DNA of 64,000 nucleotides from a virus. Its lineage: Duplodnaviria; Caudoviricetes. Below, one piece after another: positions 46,455 to 56,029 of the stretch. Every line of letters starts with the position of its first letter. Position 1 is the stretch's first letter. The translations under genes and the position numbers were made by a program. The DNA lies in the IMG/VR virus record IMGVR_UViG_3300033073_001074, positions 1 through 64,000 of that record; one strand, written 5' to 3'. Below the pieces are notes generated by a model. The model worked only from the letters and a program-made list of their open reading frames with translations, had not been told where the DNA came from and made no database searches.

Positions 46455-47209
46455 TAGAGCAGTACCAGTCGGGTATGAGCGTGCGTGATATAGCCAGTTA
46501 TCATAATACTTATGCAAATAAAATTGCAAGAGCGTTAAAAAAAGCTGGCGTGTCTTTGAGATCAAAAGAAGAAGCTGCTGATATGGCTGTTAAGAATGGC
46601 AAAATCAAACCCCCTATGCTGGGCAAAAAACGCACTCAGGAAGAGAAGGACAACATCAGCGTAAAAAGGACTAAGAAGTGGAAAGAGATGTCTGAGAGCG
46701 ATTTACAGGCGTTTAGACAGGGGGCTAAAGACCGATGGGATAATCAGTCTGAAGAAGAGAAGGTTTACCGACAACAGAAGGCTGGTGAGGCTTTAAGAAA
46801 GGCTAGTGTCGAAGGATCAAAAGCCGAAAAATTTCTATACCAGAACTTGACAAAGGCCGGGTATGATGTTATACTACACAAGACTGGCCTTATCCCCGGA
46901 GAGAAGTATGAGGTAGATCTTTTCTTGCCAAAACTAATGGTAGCGATAGAGATTGACGGTCCTCAGCATTTTCTACCTATATATGGCCAAGAGAATCTTA
47001 ATCGCAACATTAAGTACGATGCGATTAAAAATGGGGCATTGTTGTCAAGAGGGCTGTGTATAATCAGAGTAAAATATCTGGCAAAGCACAACTCACAGTC
47101 AACCAACAAAGAAATATTTAAACTTGTTTCTGATCAGCTAAAAGCTATTGAAACAAAATTCCCTGAACAAAACTATAGACTAATTGAATTGGAGATATCT
47201 AATGTTTGA
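46433..47209 (+). CDS. putative homing endonuclease: HTH, NUMOD3-like motif and Vsr/DUF559-like nuclease
   Basis: YQSGMSVRDIASYH (HTH); PMLGKKRTQEEKDNIS (NUMOD3-like); YEVDLFLP..MVAIEIDGPQH; locally higher GC. Confidence 0.75.
   Translation: MLNIKQLIEQYQSGMSVRDIASYHNTYANKIARALKKAGVSLRSKEEAADMAVKNGKIKPPMLGKKRTQEEKDNISVKRTKKWKEMSESDLQAFRQGAKDRWDNQSEEEKVYRQQKAGEALRKASVEGSKAEKFLYQNLTKAGYDVILHKTGLIPGEKYEVDLFLPKLMVAIEIDGPQHFLPIYGQENLNRNIKYDAIKNGALLSRGLCIIRVKYLAKHNSQSTNKEIFKLVSDQLKAIETKFPEQNYRLIELEISNV
46847..46875 (+). promoter_or_regulatory. sigma70-type promoter inside the endonuclease gene
   Basis: TTGACA(46847-46852), 17 nt, TATACT(46870-46875), TG at 46867-46868. Confidence 0.6.
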
Positions 47210-47978
47210 TGAAAATGAACTGAATGAGAACGAAAGTGTTTTTGATCTTAATGTACCAACTACAAATAAAATTGAAGTTGCTGATAATGCACCAGACCAA
47301 TTATCTCCTGAATGGCATGATTATGTCATGTCTCAATTTTTAGATAGTGAGCTGATCGAGATTAATGGCGAAAGATATCCAAACTGCTATGGCCTAAGAA
47401 GAGTTGTAGAAGTTTTGATTGGGCAGATTGTAGAAAGCAAGCCAGTAAATTTAATCGTATCGCCTGATTCAACTGGTGCAAATCCCGGCAGAGTTACATG
47501 TGTATATGAAGTCACTGTTAGGGATTATGATAGTGGGCAGCTAAAGAAATATGGTGATGTTGCTGAAGTGTTTTCACTAAACTGTGATGACTTATTTCTT
47601 GCTTATCCTGCCGCTACCGCTGTAACACGAGCCGAAGGTCGTTGCTTGCGTAAACTGCTTAAGGTTCGCTGCGTTGCTGCTGAAGAGCTTACACGCAATA
47701 AAAACGTTGGGGAGGCTGTTAAAGCCGTTATAAAGAGCAGTCCAACAGATGGTGCTTATCAAGAAGAAGATCCAATTAGCGGCGCTCAAATTAAACTTCT
47801 TACCAATAAATGTAAAGAGATGAGCATTGATGTTATGAAGTTCATTAATATGGGAGAGAAGGACTATTCTCGATTAGAAGATGTTAGAAAGAAAACCGCT
47901 ATTAATATGATCAAGTTGCTTAATGACTATCAGAATAATAGCAAACCTATTCCTGCGAATATTTTATTAGGAGATTGA
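47202..47978 (+). CDS. putative Rad52/Sak-like single-strand annealing protein
   Basis: Start ATG 47202 after GGAG; GLRRV...VTCVYEVTV...AATAVTRAEGRCLRKLL...AAEEL; C-terminal ISGAQIKLL helical module. Confidence 0.5.
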   Translation: MFDENELNENESVFDLNVPTTNKIEVADNAPDQLSPEWHDYVMSQFLDSELIEINGERYPNCYGLRRVVEVLIGQIVESKPVNLIVSPDSTGANPGRVTCVYEVTVRDYDSGQLKKYGDVAEVFSLNCDDLFLAYPAATAVTRAEGRCLRKLLKVRCVAAEELTRNKNVGEAVKAVIKSSPTDGAYQEEDPISGAQIKLLTNKCKEMSIDVMKFINMGEKDYSRLEDVRKKTAINMIKLLNDYQNNSKPIPANILLGD

Positions 47979-47982
47979 TAAT

Positions 47983-48324
47983 ATGAGTTTTACAATTACA
48001 AAAGGTCCGGGTGGAGTTTCTATTGGCGCAACTGGAGATACTCACAGAGAAGTGTTTCAGCAAATTGCCGACTTAGAAGAAGTTTTCGGTGTTCAAAAAT
48101 GTGGTAAGTGCCAATGTCCGGACATTCAATTTGTTGTCAGAACAGTTGATGACAATGATTATTACGAATTCCATTGTCGCAACCAAAAGTGTAAAGCTAG
48201 ACTTGCATTTGGTCAAAATAAGAAAGGTGGTGGCCTGTTTCCTAAACGCAAGGATAAGGATGATAAATGGCTACCTGATGGTGGATGGATGAGATGGGAC
48301 AAAGAAAAGAACAAAGAATTCTAA
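47983..48324 (+). CDS. zinc-binding hypothetical protein
   Basis: CGKC...HC...C; aromatic/basic C-terminus GGGLFPKRK...GGWMRW. Confidence 0.65.
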   Translation: MSFTITKGPGGVSIGATGDTHREVFQQIADLEEVFGVQKCGKCQCPDIQFVVRTVDDNDYYEFHCRNQKCKARLAFGQNKKGGGLFPKRKDKDDKWLPDGGWMRWDKEKNKEF

Positions 48325-48327
48325 AAG

Positions 48328-48357
48328 AAAAAAGCCCCCGTAACTGGGGGCTTTTTT
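48328..48357. terminator. bidirectional intrinsic terminator between the converging transcription blocks
   Basis: AAAAAAGCCCCC-GTAACT-GGGGGCTTTTTT, a perfect 12-bp inverted repeat. Confidence 0.92.
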
Positions 48358-48455
48358 CATTATTCGCTATAGCCTGACGCTGCTCATCTTTGGCTATAGT
48401 GTCGGAAGCACATGAGGATCAGAAGCAGCAGAAAGTATCCCCATTTCTTCCTCGA

Positions 48456-49412
48456 TTATAGATATTCTAAACTAACGTATAGTCCATATTGAACTTTGCT
48501 ACCAATGCTTAATGGACTTGCGCTAAGACCAACTCTCCATGTATGACGAGTATCATATCCAGTACCTCCAAAGGAGTTGTTTAGATATGTACCGCTATCA
48601 AATGGAGTAGCAATACCAAAAACGTTTTGACCACCTGTAGTGTTCTTGATATATTGAATAAACTTAGGAACGAATCCACTCGCTAAAGGTTGTGCTACAT
48701 ATCTACCACCACTTCCCGGCGAGTCTAGTAATGGAACAATAATTCCAGTTCCACCAACCGTTTCATTGTCTGGTGATAAATATCCAGCTAATCTACTGTC
48801 AGGGTTTCCACTTCCACCAGCAGCTTGGCTTGCGGTGAAATTGTAGAATTTAACACCTACAGAGTTTTGATAATATGGACGAACACTTGTGTTGCTAAAT
48901 GCTGGATACATTAATGCATCTGGCCAAGGAGCGCCCCACCAAAGAGCATCACCAGATCCCGGATTAGAAGTAACTTCATTACCTGCATCACTATACCAGT
49001 CAGTATAAGTCTTGCTATCAAAATTAACAATTTCACAAACTCTAGTTACTACGCCAGTAGCAGGATAATCTACATTTGTTCTGTCATATATTCTTAACTG
49101 AGCATTTTGAACTTTGACTGGTGTGCCGTGATCAAAATTAATAACTAGTGTTGCTTCTGATCCATTAATAGATGGAATTTTAGCAGTTGTTTCTGCCATT
49201 TGTACATATGCACCAGAAGCAGAGACATATTTTAGATTAAGGGCGGCTGGACCTTGATCAGTGCCAGCGCCATTTGTAACGAAAGTTCTATCTTGAAATG
49301 CGCCAACTTGAACGCTAGTTCCGAATCCAGTTCCATAAAAACCTAGTCCAGAACCGGCGAACGCATCCCCGATATGACTATTTTGTAATACTGCAAAAGA
49401 GATTGTTGCCAT
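48456..49412 (-). CDS. putative virion structural protein
   Basis: 318 aa, G/S/T/N-rich; GGAG RBS; last gene of the minus-strand virion module. Confidence 0.6.
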   Translation of the reverse strand: MATISFAVLQNSHIGDAFAGSGLGFYGTGFGTSVQVGAFQDRTFVTNGAGTDQGPAALNLKYVSASGAYVQMAETTAKIPSINGSEATLVINFDHGTPVKVQNAQLRIYDRTNVDYPATGVVTRVCEIVNFDSKTYTDWYSDAGNEVTSNPGSGDALWWGAPWPDALMYPAFSNTSVRPYYQNSVGVKFYNFTASQAAGGSGNPDSRLAGYLSPDNETVGGTGIIVPLLDSPGSGGRYVAQPLASGFVPKFIQYIKNTTGGQNVFGIATPFDSGTYLNNSFGGTGYDTRHTWRVGLSASPLSIGSKVQYGLYVSLEYL

Positions 49413-49440
49413 TAACGAGTTCTCCGATGAAAAAAGAGCA

Positions 49441-49463
49441 TGATATATATTATATTATACACA
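49441..49463 (-). promoter_or_regulatory. candidate phage-specific promoter motif TGTGTATAATATAAT
   Basis: Intergenic, about 45 nt upstream of the 49412 start. Confidence 0.5.
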
Positions 49464-49670
49464 TTACCATTTGTCAATGGGACATTTTTCTGAGTCCCAA
49501 GAAGCCTTGATGCTTAAAATACATCCGCACTCTTGACATGTACCATTTTTATTTTTATTACAAGATGTGCAAATGTCTAATCTAGACTGATAAAGTTTCT
49601 CATCGGCCATTTTGAATCCGTTTTTTGCATGATTTAAAGCTGATGTGGCAAAATTAACTACTCTGCTCAT
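49464..49670 (-). CDS. small Cys-rich protein (CxxC...CxxCGC...K...CP..KW)
   Basis: RLDICTSC...CQECGCILSIKASWDSEKCPIDKW. Confidence 0.75.
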   Translation of the reverse strand: MSRVVNFATSALNHAKNGFKMADEKLYQSRLDICTSCNKNKNGTCQECGCILSIKASWDSEKCPIDKW

Positions 49671-50014
49671 ATCAATATTTCCTCAACATCTGAAATATGA
49701 TTTTGTTGATATGCAAATTTCAATAAGAAATCTTCTGATATTGAAAAATATTCCCTTGCCCAATTCTTTAAGTTTACAATAAATTTATAATTTTTCGTAT
49801 TATACTCTTGCACTAGCAGTGCTAGAAACTGCACGTTCGTTGGATTAATTAGTCCATTCTGTGTGCATGATCCACAACTGATTTCGCCATTCTTAACCTT
49901 TTTAAAATTTTCTAGATGTCTTTTAAACGGTTCTAATTCCGGTAAATAGTTAAAAGCTATGTCGCTAGACATAATAGAGATAATAAAATTTTGGTCTATA
50001 TCAATTATTTTCAT
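49667..50014 (-). CDS. hypothetical protein with CxxC
   Basis: 115 aa; CGSC; ATGA coupling. Confidence 0.6.
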   Translation of the reverse strand: MKIIDIDQNFIISIMSSDIAFNYLPELEPFKRHLENFKKVKNGEISCGSCTQNGLINPTNVQFLALLVQEYNTKNYKFIVNLKNWAREYFSISEDFLLKFAYQQNHISDVEEILI

Positions 50015-50035
50015 TTAATTTTCCTTTTTAAAATT

Positions 50036-51565
50036 TCAAATTCCGCCACCGCCGCCACCGCCACCACCACCTGAACATGCGGTAGTTTCACTTGAATTGC
50101 AACAAGTTAAAGTAACATCATCATTAATAAAATGGAATTCTACAGGAGGATCTTGGCCATTTCCACATCCATTACAAAATACAGATTGTGTAGGAGACTG
50201 TGTTGTACAACTATCTACAATTGCATTTAATTGTGATAAAGTAAATTTTCCAGTAAAGTGCGCGCCAGCACCACAATTCGGCTCACTGCCGCCCGGAACC
50301 TCAATTGTTAAATCCCAGTGACCAAAGTCTTCACAAGGATTACAAGGATCAAATTCACTTGGCCCCCAATAACAATTATTTCCAGAAATAGGCTCTGCAA
50401 CAAAATTTAATGAAGCTGTAAATGTTCCAGTTCCATCTGTGCCTATATATGAACAATTACTACCACATAATGTAAATGAAAAACTTTGATCCCAAATACT
50501 CTCGTCATTATACCATGATTGAGTTGAATTACATTCAGTTAAATATCCTTCTGGCGGTGCAGAAGGTGTAGAAAAGCTAATTTTAAAACATGTCACTGGT
50601 TCAATTTTTGATGGGCATGAACAATTTATACTAGTGCTGCCACAACAACCCATGAATCTCACACCCTTACAATTACCATCACCGCCATAGAATGCGGGAT
50701 AAAACACGCGAGCTGTTCCGCCACCACCGTTTAATTCTTCAGCCCACTTTCCATATCCTCTCGTGTCGCCCGTTTTAATATATTTATATCCGCAAATTCT
50801 ATATGATGCCCAAGCAAAAGCGGGCCAACATAGAGTTCCACCTGCGCCAGTAGGAGGTCTTGCTGGCACACCGGGACAACCGCTATATTGATCATATGTA
50901 CCAAGAACCATTAATATGTTGCCACTATTGCCACTACCAGCACCACCACCGCCACCACCAATCGGTCTCCATTCATAATTAACTTTTGCAGCCATGAAAT
51001 AATCACCCGACTGAAAAGATAACGCAGGATTTCTATTGTATAATGTGACTGTTTCTTGGTTAATTGCTAAGTCTTTACCGCGACGAATGTTGCCTTTACC
51101 TTTAGTTGGCGGATCTATATCGCTTGGCGCGGCTAAATCTTCACTCAGAGTACCTTCAATAATTTCTGGGCCACCAACCCATACTTTACGACCTTCATCC
51201 CATCTAAGATCAATCGGGCCTGTTTTCCATTTTGATCTATCTGTTGGCGTGTCAGGATCGTGCGTGAGAGCGTTTACGCTAAGAGATGGTGTTGGAAGTC
51301 CAGCCGTGTCGTAGCCCCACCCAGACATCAATAATGGCCCACGCAAGCCAACCATTCTTGCTTCTGTTTGAGCTTGATATTTTCTAGGATTTAAATCAAC
51401 TCCAATTTGATTTTTTGTATCGGCTGATATAGTATTGAAATCATTCTTTAGAAAAAACCAATAAGGGTCTAAATTAAATGATACAGGAGATACTGATCTC
51501 AAATAAAATATACCACTTTGTTCTGAATCATAAACATATCTTTGTACTTCTGGCTTGTTAGGCAT
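50036..51565 (-). CDS. Cys/Gly-rich tail-associated protein (candidate receptor-binding protein)
   Basis: In the tail module; 22 Cys counted in the C-terminal ~300 aa; two poly-Gly tracts. Confidence 0.55.
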   Translation of the reverse strand: MPNKPEVQRYVYDSEQSGIFYLRSVSPVSFNLDPYWFFLKNDFNTISADTKNQIGVDLNPRKYQAQTEARMVGLRGPLLMSGWGYDTAGLPTPSLSVNALTHDPDTPTDRSKWKTGPIDLRWDEGRKVWVGGPEIIEGTLSEDLAAPSDIDPPTKGKGNIRRGKDLAINQETVTLYNRNPALSFQSGDYFMAAKVNYEWRPIGGGGGGAGSGNSGNILMVLGTYDQYSGCPGVPARPPTGAGGTLCWPAFAWASYRICGYKYIKTGDTRGYGKWAEELNGGGGTARVFYPAFYGGDGNCKGVRFMGCCGSTSINCSCPSKIEPVTCFKISFSTPSAPPEGYLTECNSTQSWYNDESIWDQSFSFTLCGSNCSYIGTDGTGTFTASLNFVAEPISGNNCYWGPSEFDPCNPCEDFGHWDLTIEVPGGSEPNCGAGAHFTGKFTLSQLNAIVDSCTTQSPTQSVFCNGCGNGQDPPVEFHFINDDVTLTCCNSSETTACSGGGGGGGGGGI

Positions 51566-51575
51566 TATCTTTCCT

Positions 51576-54374
51576 TTATGACCATTGATTTGGAAGTGCT
51601 ATTGGTGACATGATAGACTCCATGCTGGCAACATAAGTTTGTTCCCACTTATTTGCCGCTTGTTGTACTGCTGCGTGTATGTGCGCGGCAGCTCCGCCAA
51701 CAGACTTATTTTTTCCTGAACTATCGTAATTAGATAAAAACATAGCAACAGTTTGCATAGATGGGGCTTTATTAGGATTTGTAATATTATATTTTTCAAG
51801 CTGCCCAAGTAATTTGTAATTCATAGATTTTATAGGAGGATTCTTGATTAATTCTCGAAGTCTCTTATAGAAGCTCATAATATTTTTATTATGACTCATT
51901 AATCTATTAACATTATATTGTGCAATTTTAGCAAATGTCTTTGTCCATGTATGGAATTCATAAGTAGTTTCAACTCCATTCACACCTATATTTATAGACA
52001 TGCCAGTAATATAAGGCCCATTTTTTTCCATTCTTTCACCAAGATTTCCAGATGGCAAGTCTGCGATAGTTACATTTCCACTTTCTACCTCGTGAACTTG
52101 AGCCATATCTGATTTCACTAGATAATCTGCATATTTATTCATCAAGTCAACACTGCCAAAAGTTTGAGGTTTCATTTCAGTATTTTCGTAAACTTTAGTT
52201 TTGCCGTATTGTCCATCTACACCGTTGCCACCTTGTACAGTGTCAAAGTTAAACCACGGACCCCAAACATATCTTGTACTCTTTTGCGGAACTCCTAGGT
52301 AGGTTGGAGCCATCATTGCTGGACCAATTCCAAAATCTAAATTTTCAAATCCAAACATAGTATGATAGCCATTATATATTTCTTGACCAAGCATAACTCT
52401 AGCTAACATATTCCATCCATTTGAATGTGTAGTAATATCATCAATCCAAGGAATTCCTTGAACTTGAACACAGGTAAAACCTTTTACGTCTGATGTTGGA
52501 TTTCCAAAAACATCAGTTCCTTTAAATTCTATCCAGTTTGTGCCTAGTTCTGTATTAATCTCTGCCGGAACTCCTATGCTATTTCCATATGCCCCAAGAT
52601 AAACAGCGGAATATTTATTTCCAATAGAACTGAAATCTAAATTTTTTTGATTCGGATAAACCGCTACAGATTCCAATGTTCCATCTGAATTATAAAATGT
52701 CATATCTGGAAAATTCTTTTTAAGTAATTCGCCCATCCATCCAGATTGTTCAACTGTCCACAATTCTTCAGCTTTAACATCTTGCATTATCCATCGCCAA
52801 TTATTCGATAATCCTCCCGGTTCTCCGGGCAACATTACCATAAACTTTTTACCATAAGCATCTTGTCCAACAGCTTGTACTGCTTTAAACCTAGCTTCTA
52901 TTGCTGCTTGCTTTAATAGTAATCCAAGTTTAGCTTGCGGAGCAAGTGTAGCAAACAAATCTGATAATTGAACTTCTTTTCTCTCTGGATTCAATTCTGC
53001 ATATGGAAAAGTTGCCATTGCAGCAGAAGCTGCACCGACCTCTAAAGATGTTTCAGTAAGATCAGTTGGTATTGCTTCACCTTGTAATAATCGTGAAAAT
53101 AAAAATAAATTAGATTCTCCACCAAGCCAATTATTTCCAGCCACTTCCCAAGGGCCACCAGCTTTAGCAGCAAATACATGGTATGCACTCCAAGCCTTTC
53201 TACCAGACATGGCGCATCTGATCTCTAATAAATTAGTAGTAATAACTGTAAAGTTACCCTGTGATCCACCATCTACAACTGCTGTGATAGGTTGATATAG
53301 TCTAGCAGGATTGGTTACATCATATCTAAATACCGCAGATTCGTAATCTAGGTAATAAGTAGTATTTGCGCCAGTCCCCACAGTTCCCCATATTGGAAAT
53401 ATATTTGTATAATCAGCTAAAAAATATCGAGTTGCCGCATCGCCAATCATTATTTTTTGAGTGTCTACATCGGCCAATTCTTTACCAATAGAATATGAAG
53501 CAAGTTTTTTATCTTTATCGGGAACATTTTTTAATGTATTAATATATGTTGAAATTGCATCCGGATCTGGAGCATATTTACGAGACATTACCATTAACTT
53601 AATTTTAAGATTTTCAGTAACAACATCGCTTCCTTCTTTGGTATCTCCTGTGATAGTATATGCAAAATCATACATGCCAACATCACATATATCAGTAATT
53701 AATGCGTGCAAAGAAGGAAAATCTGTACTAGTTCTATAATCGCCAATACCGGCTAGAACTTCTCCTAAAGCATCAAGATCAAGATCATATTTAGCTTGTG
53801 CATAATAAATTTTACCACCAAAGATGCCCTTGCTCATTGTTGTATATATATCTTGCACAATATTACTTAGCGGGTATCCAAGCTCATTAGTATCTGCGCC
53901 GCCAAAATGTCCACCAGTTTGAGCATTATAAGAATAATTTTCTTTATGTGCAAATACATTAATAACATTGGTTGGATTACTTCCACCATATGTCATCTTT
54001 TCGTTGTCCCAAGGATGACTAAGTTTAGCGGGGTCGTCTGTTTTATATGTTGTTCCTTGGAATTTATTTAATACAATATAAACGCCATCCATAATTTTAG
54101 ACGGGCTTTCAAGTAAAACATCGTATGTTCTACCAGATTCTACACTTTCAGAATAGCTTGTTTTTTGTAAAATCCCAATGAATTCCATCGCCCCAAATTT
54201 AAATTTACATGGAGTACCTAGTTTTACTTTTGCCTTATTAAAGTAAATTCCGTTTACCGGATCTTCTACCACCTTTAATGAACATGAACTAGTTTCACCG
54301 CCCCATCCTAAATTTAGTGAAGCGCTAACTACATATGCACCAAGAAATGTTGGTGGAGCGTTAAGAATTGCCAT
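51576..54374 (-). CDS. large tail/baseplate hub-like protein
   Basis: 932 aa, third gene downstream of the TMP; N-terminal FLGAYVVSASLNLGWGGETSSCSLKVVED hub-like beta strands. Confidence 0.55.
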   Translation of the reverse strand: MAILNAPPTFLGAYVVSASLNLGWGGETSSCSLKVVEDPVNGIYFNKAKVKLGTPCKFKFGAMEFIGILQKTSYSESVESGRTYDVLLESPSKIMDGVYIVLNKFQGTTYKTDDPAKLSHPWDNEKMTYGGSNPTNVINVFAHKENYSYNAQTGGHFGGADTNELGYPLSNIVQDIYTTMSKGIFGGKIYYAQAKYDLDLDALGEVLAGIGDYRTSTDFPSLHALITDICDVGMYDFAYTITGDTKEGSDVVTENLKIKLMVMSRKYAPDPDAISTYINTLKNVPDKDKKLASYSIGKELADVDTQKIMIGDAATRYFLADYTNIFPIWGTVGTGANTTYYLDYESAVFRYDVTNPARLYQPITAVVDGGSQGNFTVITTNLLEIRCAMSGRKAWSAYHVFAAKAGGPWEVAGNNWLGGESNLFLFSRLLQGEAIPTDLTETSLEVGAASAAMATFPYAELNPERKEVQLSDLFATLAPQAKLGLLLKQAAIEARFKAVQAVGQDAYGKKFMVMLPGEPGGLSNNWRWIMQDVKAEELWTVEQSGWMGELLKKNFPDMTFYNSDGTLESVAVYPNQKNLDFSSIGNKYSAVYLGAYGNSIGVPAEINTELGTNWIEFKGTDVFGNPTSDVKGFTCVQVQGIPWIDDITTHSNGWNMLARVMLGQEIYNGYHTMFGFENLDFGIGPAMMAPTYLGVPQKSTRYVWGPWFNFDTVQGGNGVDGQYGKTKVYENTEMKPQTFGSVDLMNKYADYLVKSDMAQVHEVESGNVTIADLPSGNLGERMEKNGPYITGMSINIGVNGVETTYEFHTWTKTFAKIAQYNVNRLMSHNKNIMSFYKRLRELIKNPPIKSMNYKLLGQLEKYNITNPNKAPSMQTVAMFLSNYDSSGKNKSVGGAAAHIHAAVQQAANKWEQTYVASMESIMSPIALPNQWS

Positions 54375-54389
54375 TAAAAAACTCCTGTA

Positions 54390-56018
54390 TTAATACTTTT
54401 GATAAATCCATGTGATAGATCCTTGATATCTTCCGGCTACCCAGTCCCATTCCGATTTTGCATCTTGAACATAACAAAGATCCATTGCGGGATTATTATA
54501 TGCTCCTGCTGCCCCCGGTTTATATTTATTTAGCTCCGCTATTGCTGTTGCGGCAGGATTATTGTCGGGTTTTTTACATGATTCATGGAATATAATTTCT
54601 ATACTAGCACTTCTAGCTCGCTCTTTTGTAGTTCCCATGTCCTGAATAACGGGTCCAGCCGCACGCCCTATGATTGGAATTATAGCTATAGTTTGTATAG
54701 ATGCAAAATCTGATCTATTATCATCTGACACATTTAATGTTGCCGAAATAGCCCCCGGAAATGTATCTTTTAGGTTGAATGCGGCAGAAGATATTGCCTT
54801 GTACATTACATTAAATTGAATTGTACCAGTGTTTTTATTCTCTGTTACAGTGATTGATCTTGGATATTTATCTAACTGAAGAGTGCCAGCGCATTTTCCA
54901 TTGGCATTATAGTATCTAGTAAATACTTTATTTGCTAGTTTTCTTCCGGGGCTATCTTCTCCCCATCCACCGGAACTAATAGCATCGTATCCATCTTTAG
55001 ATTGCAACAGCTTATCATTAACATTAGATTTAACATCAAGCTCTGTCAAGCCAGAGATAGTGCCTTCAACTGTCATTGATATTGCACCAGAGTCATCTTG
55101 ATTAAACCCACAATTTATCTCAAAGCAATATGTATCTATTGCCATTAAAAATGTCGTTGTTACAGTATATGAACCAGCAACTACATCAATAGCACTTGAT
55201 CTTACACGATTAAAAGATGTGTATTGAGATAAAGAATCTGCAACATTTGAAGACCCATCAGAAGGTTTCCATGTTCCAATTTCATATGTGCTTTGAGAAT
55301 TTTCTAAATATGTATTTTGATTAATGGTTGCATCTTCTGCTATATCTTCATTGAGATTGGCCAATCTATCATTTACATAATTCCAAGCCTCATACCATGC
55401 TTCATTTTTTACAGCTCCAGCAGTTTCTCCTGATTCAAATTTTTTCATACCAGTTGCAGATAAGGTATGTTCTATTTCATACGGATATTTCCAAGTATCA
55501 GCTTCTATTTTATCGTTTGTATCAAAAATCGCAAATTCTGTAGACTTTTTAATATTCCAAGTTTCACTTACGGAAGAAATTTTATAAGCATCATAGATAT
55601 TATCTTTTGGCTGTGATGCTTCAAATGACAATTGATATTCTTGAATTTGAATACCGGCGGTTTCATCGGGTGGCTCAGGTAGAGATACGGATAATAGTTT
55701 TGCATCATTATATCTTATAACTTGAGTTAATGTATTAACTGTGCCAATTGCTTCTGGATTAATTTCAAGCAGTCCGGCTTGAATACTGGCATCTGCTGTG
55801 CCTTTGCCAAATAATTCAAGCATTTTTTGATATAAATCAGCTTGTCTAGAAGCAGCTAACGGATCTCCTTGAGCTAAGAAATATCCTTTAATAGTAATGC
55901 TGTGCTTTTGTCCTATGGCAGTGCCATCATCTGTTCTCAAAAATTCTCTGGTAATACCAATGTTTGGATTGGTACTACTAACATCTATTTGATTTCCAGC
56001 CCAGTTTATTTTTGCCAT
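54390..56018 (-). CDS. tail protein (distal-tail/baseplate-like)
   Basis: 542 aa, beta-rich, downstream of the TMP. Confidence 0.5.
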   Translation of the reverse strand: MAKINWAGNQIDVSSTNPNIGITREFLRTDDGTAIGQKHSITIKGYFLAQGDPLAASRQADLYQKMLELFGKGTADASIQAGLLEINPEAIGTVNTLTQVIRYNDAKLLSVSLPEPPDETAGIQIQEYQLSFEASQPKDNIYDAYKISSVSETWNIKKSTEFAIFDTNDKIEADTWKYPYEIEHTLSATGMKKFESGETAGAVKNEAWYEAWNYVNDRLANLNEDIAEDATINQNTYLENSQSTYEIGTWKPSDGSSNVADSLSQYTSFNRVRSSAIDVVAGSYTVTTTFLMAIDTYCFEINCGFNQDDSGAISMTVEGTISGLTELDVKSNVNDKLLQSKDGYDAISSGGWGEDSPGRKLANKVFTRYYNANGKCAGTLQLDKYPRSITVTENKNTGTIQFNVMYKAISSAAFNLKDTFPGAISATLNVSDDNRSDFASIQTIAIIPIIGRAAGPVIQDMGTTKERARSASIEIIFHESCKKPDNNPAATAIAELNKYKPGAAGAYNNPAMDLCYVQDAKSEWDWVAGRYQGSITWIYQKY

Positions 56019-56029
56019 CTTAGTTCCTA

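Noticed and set aside
23-48292. Many minus-strand and alternate-frame ORFs overlapping + strand genes (e.g. 23-313, 3833-4153, 21319-21681, 24733-25122)
   Set aside because: Shadow ORFs of well-supported genes, with no RBS or motif support
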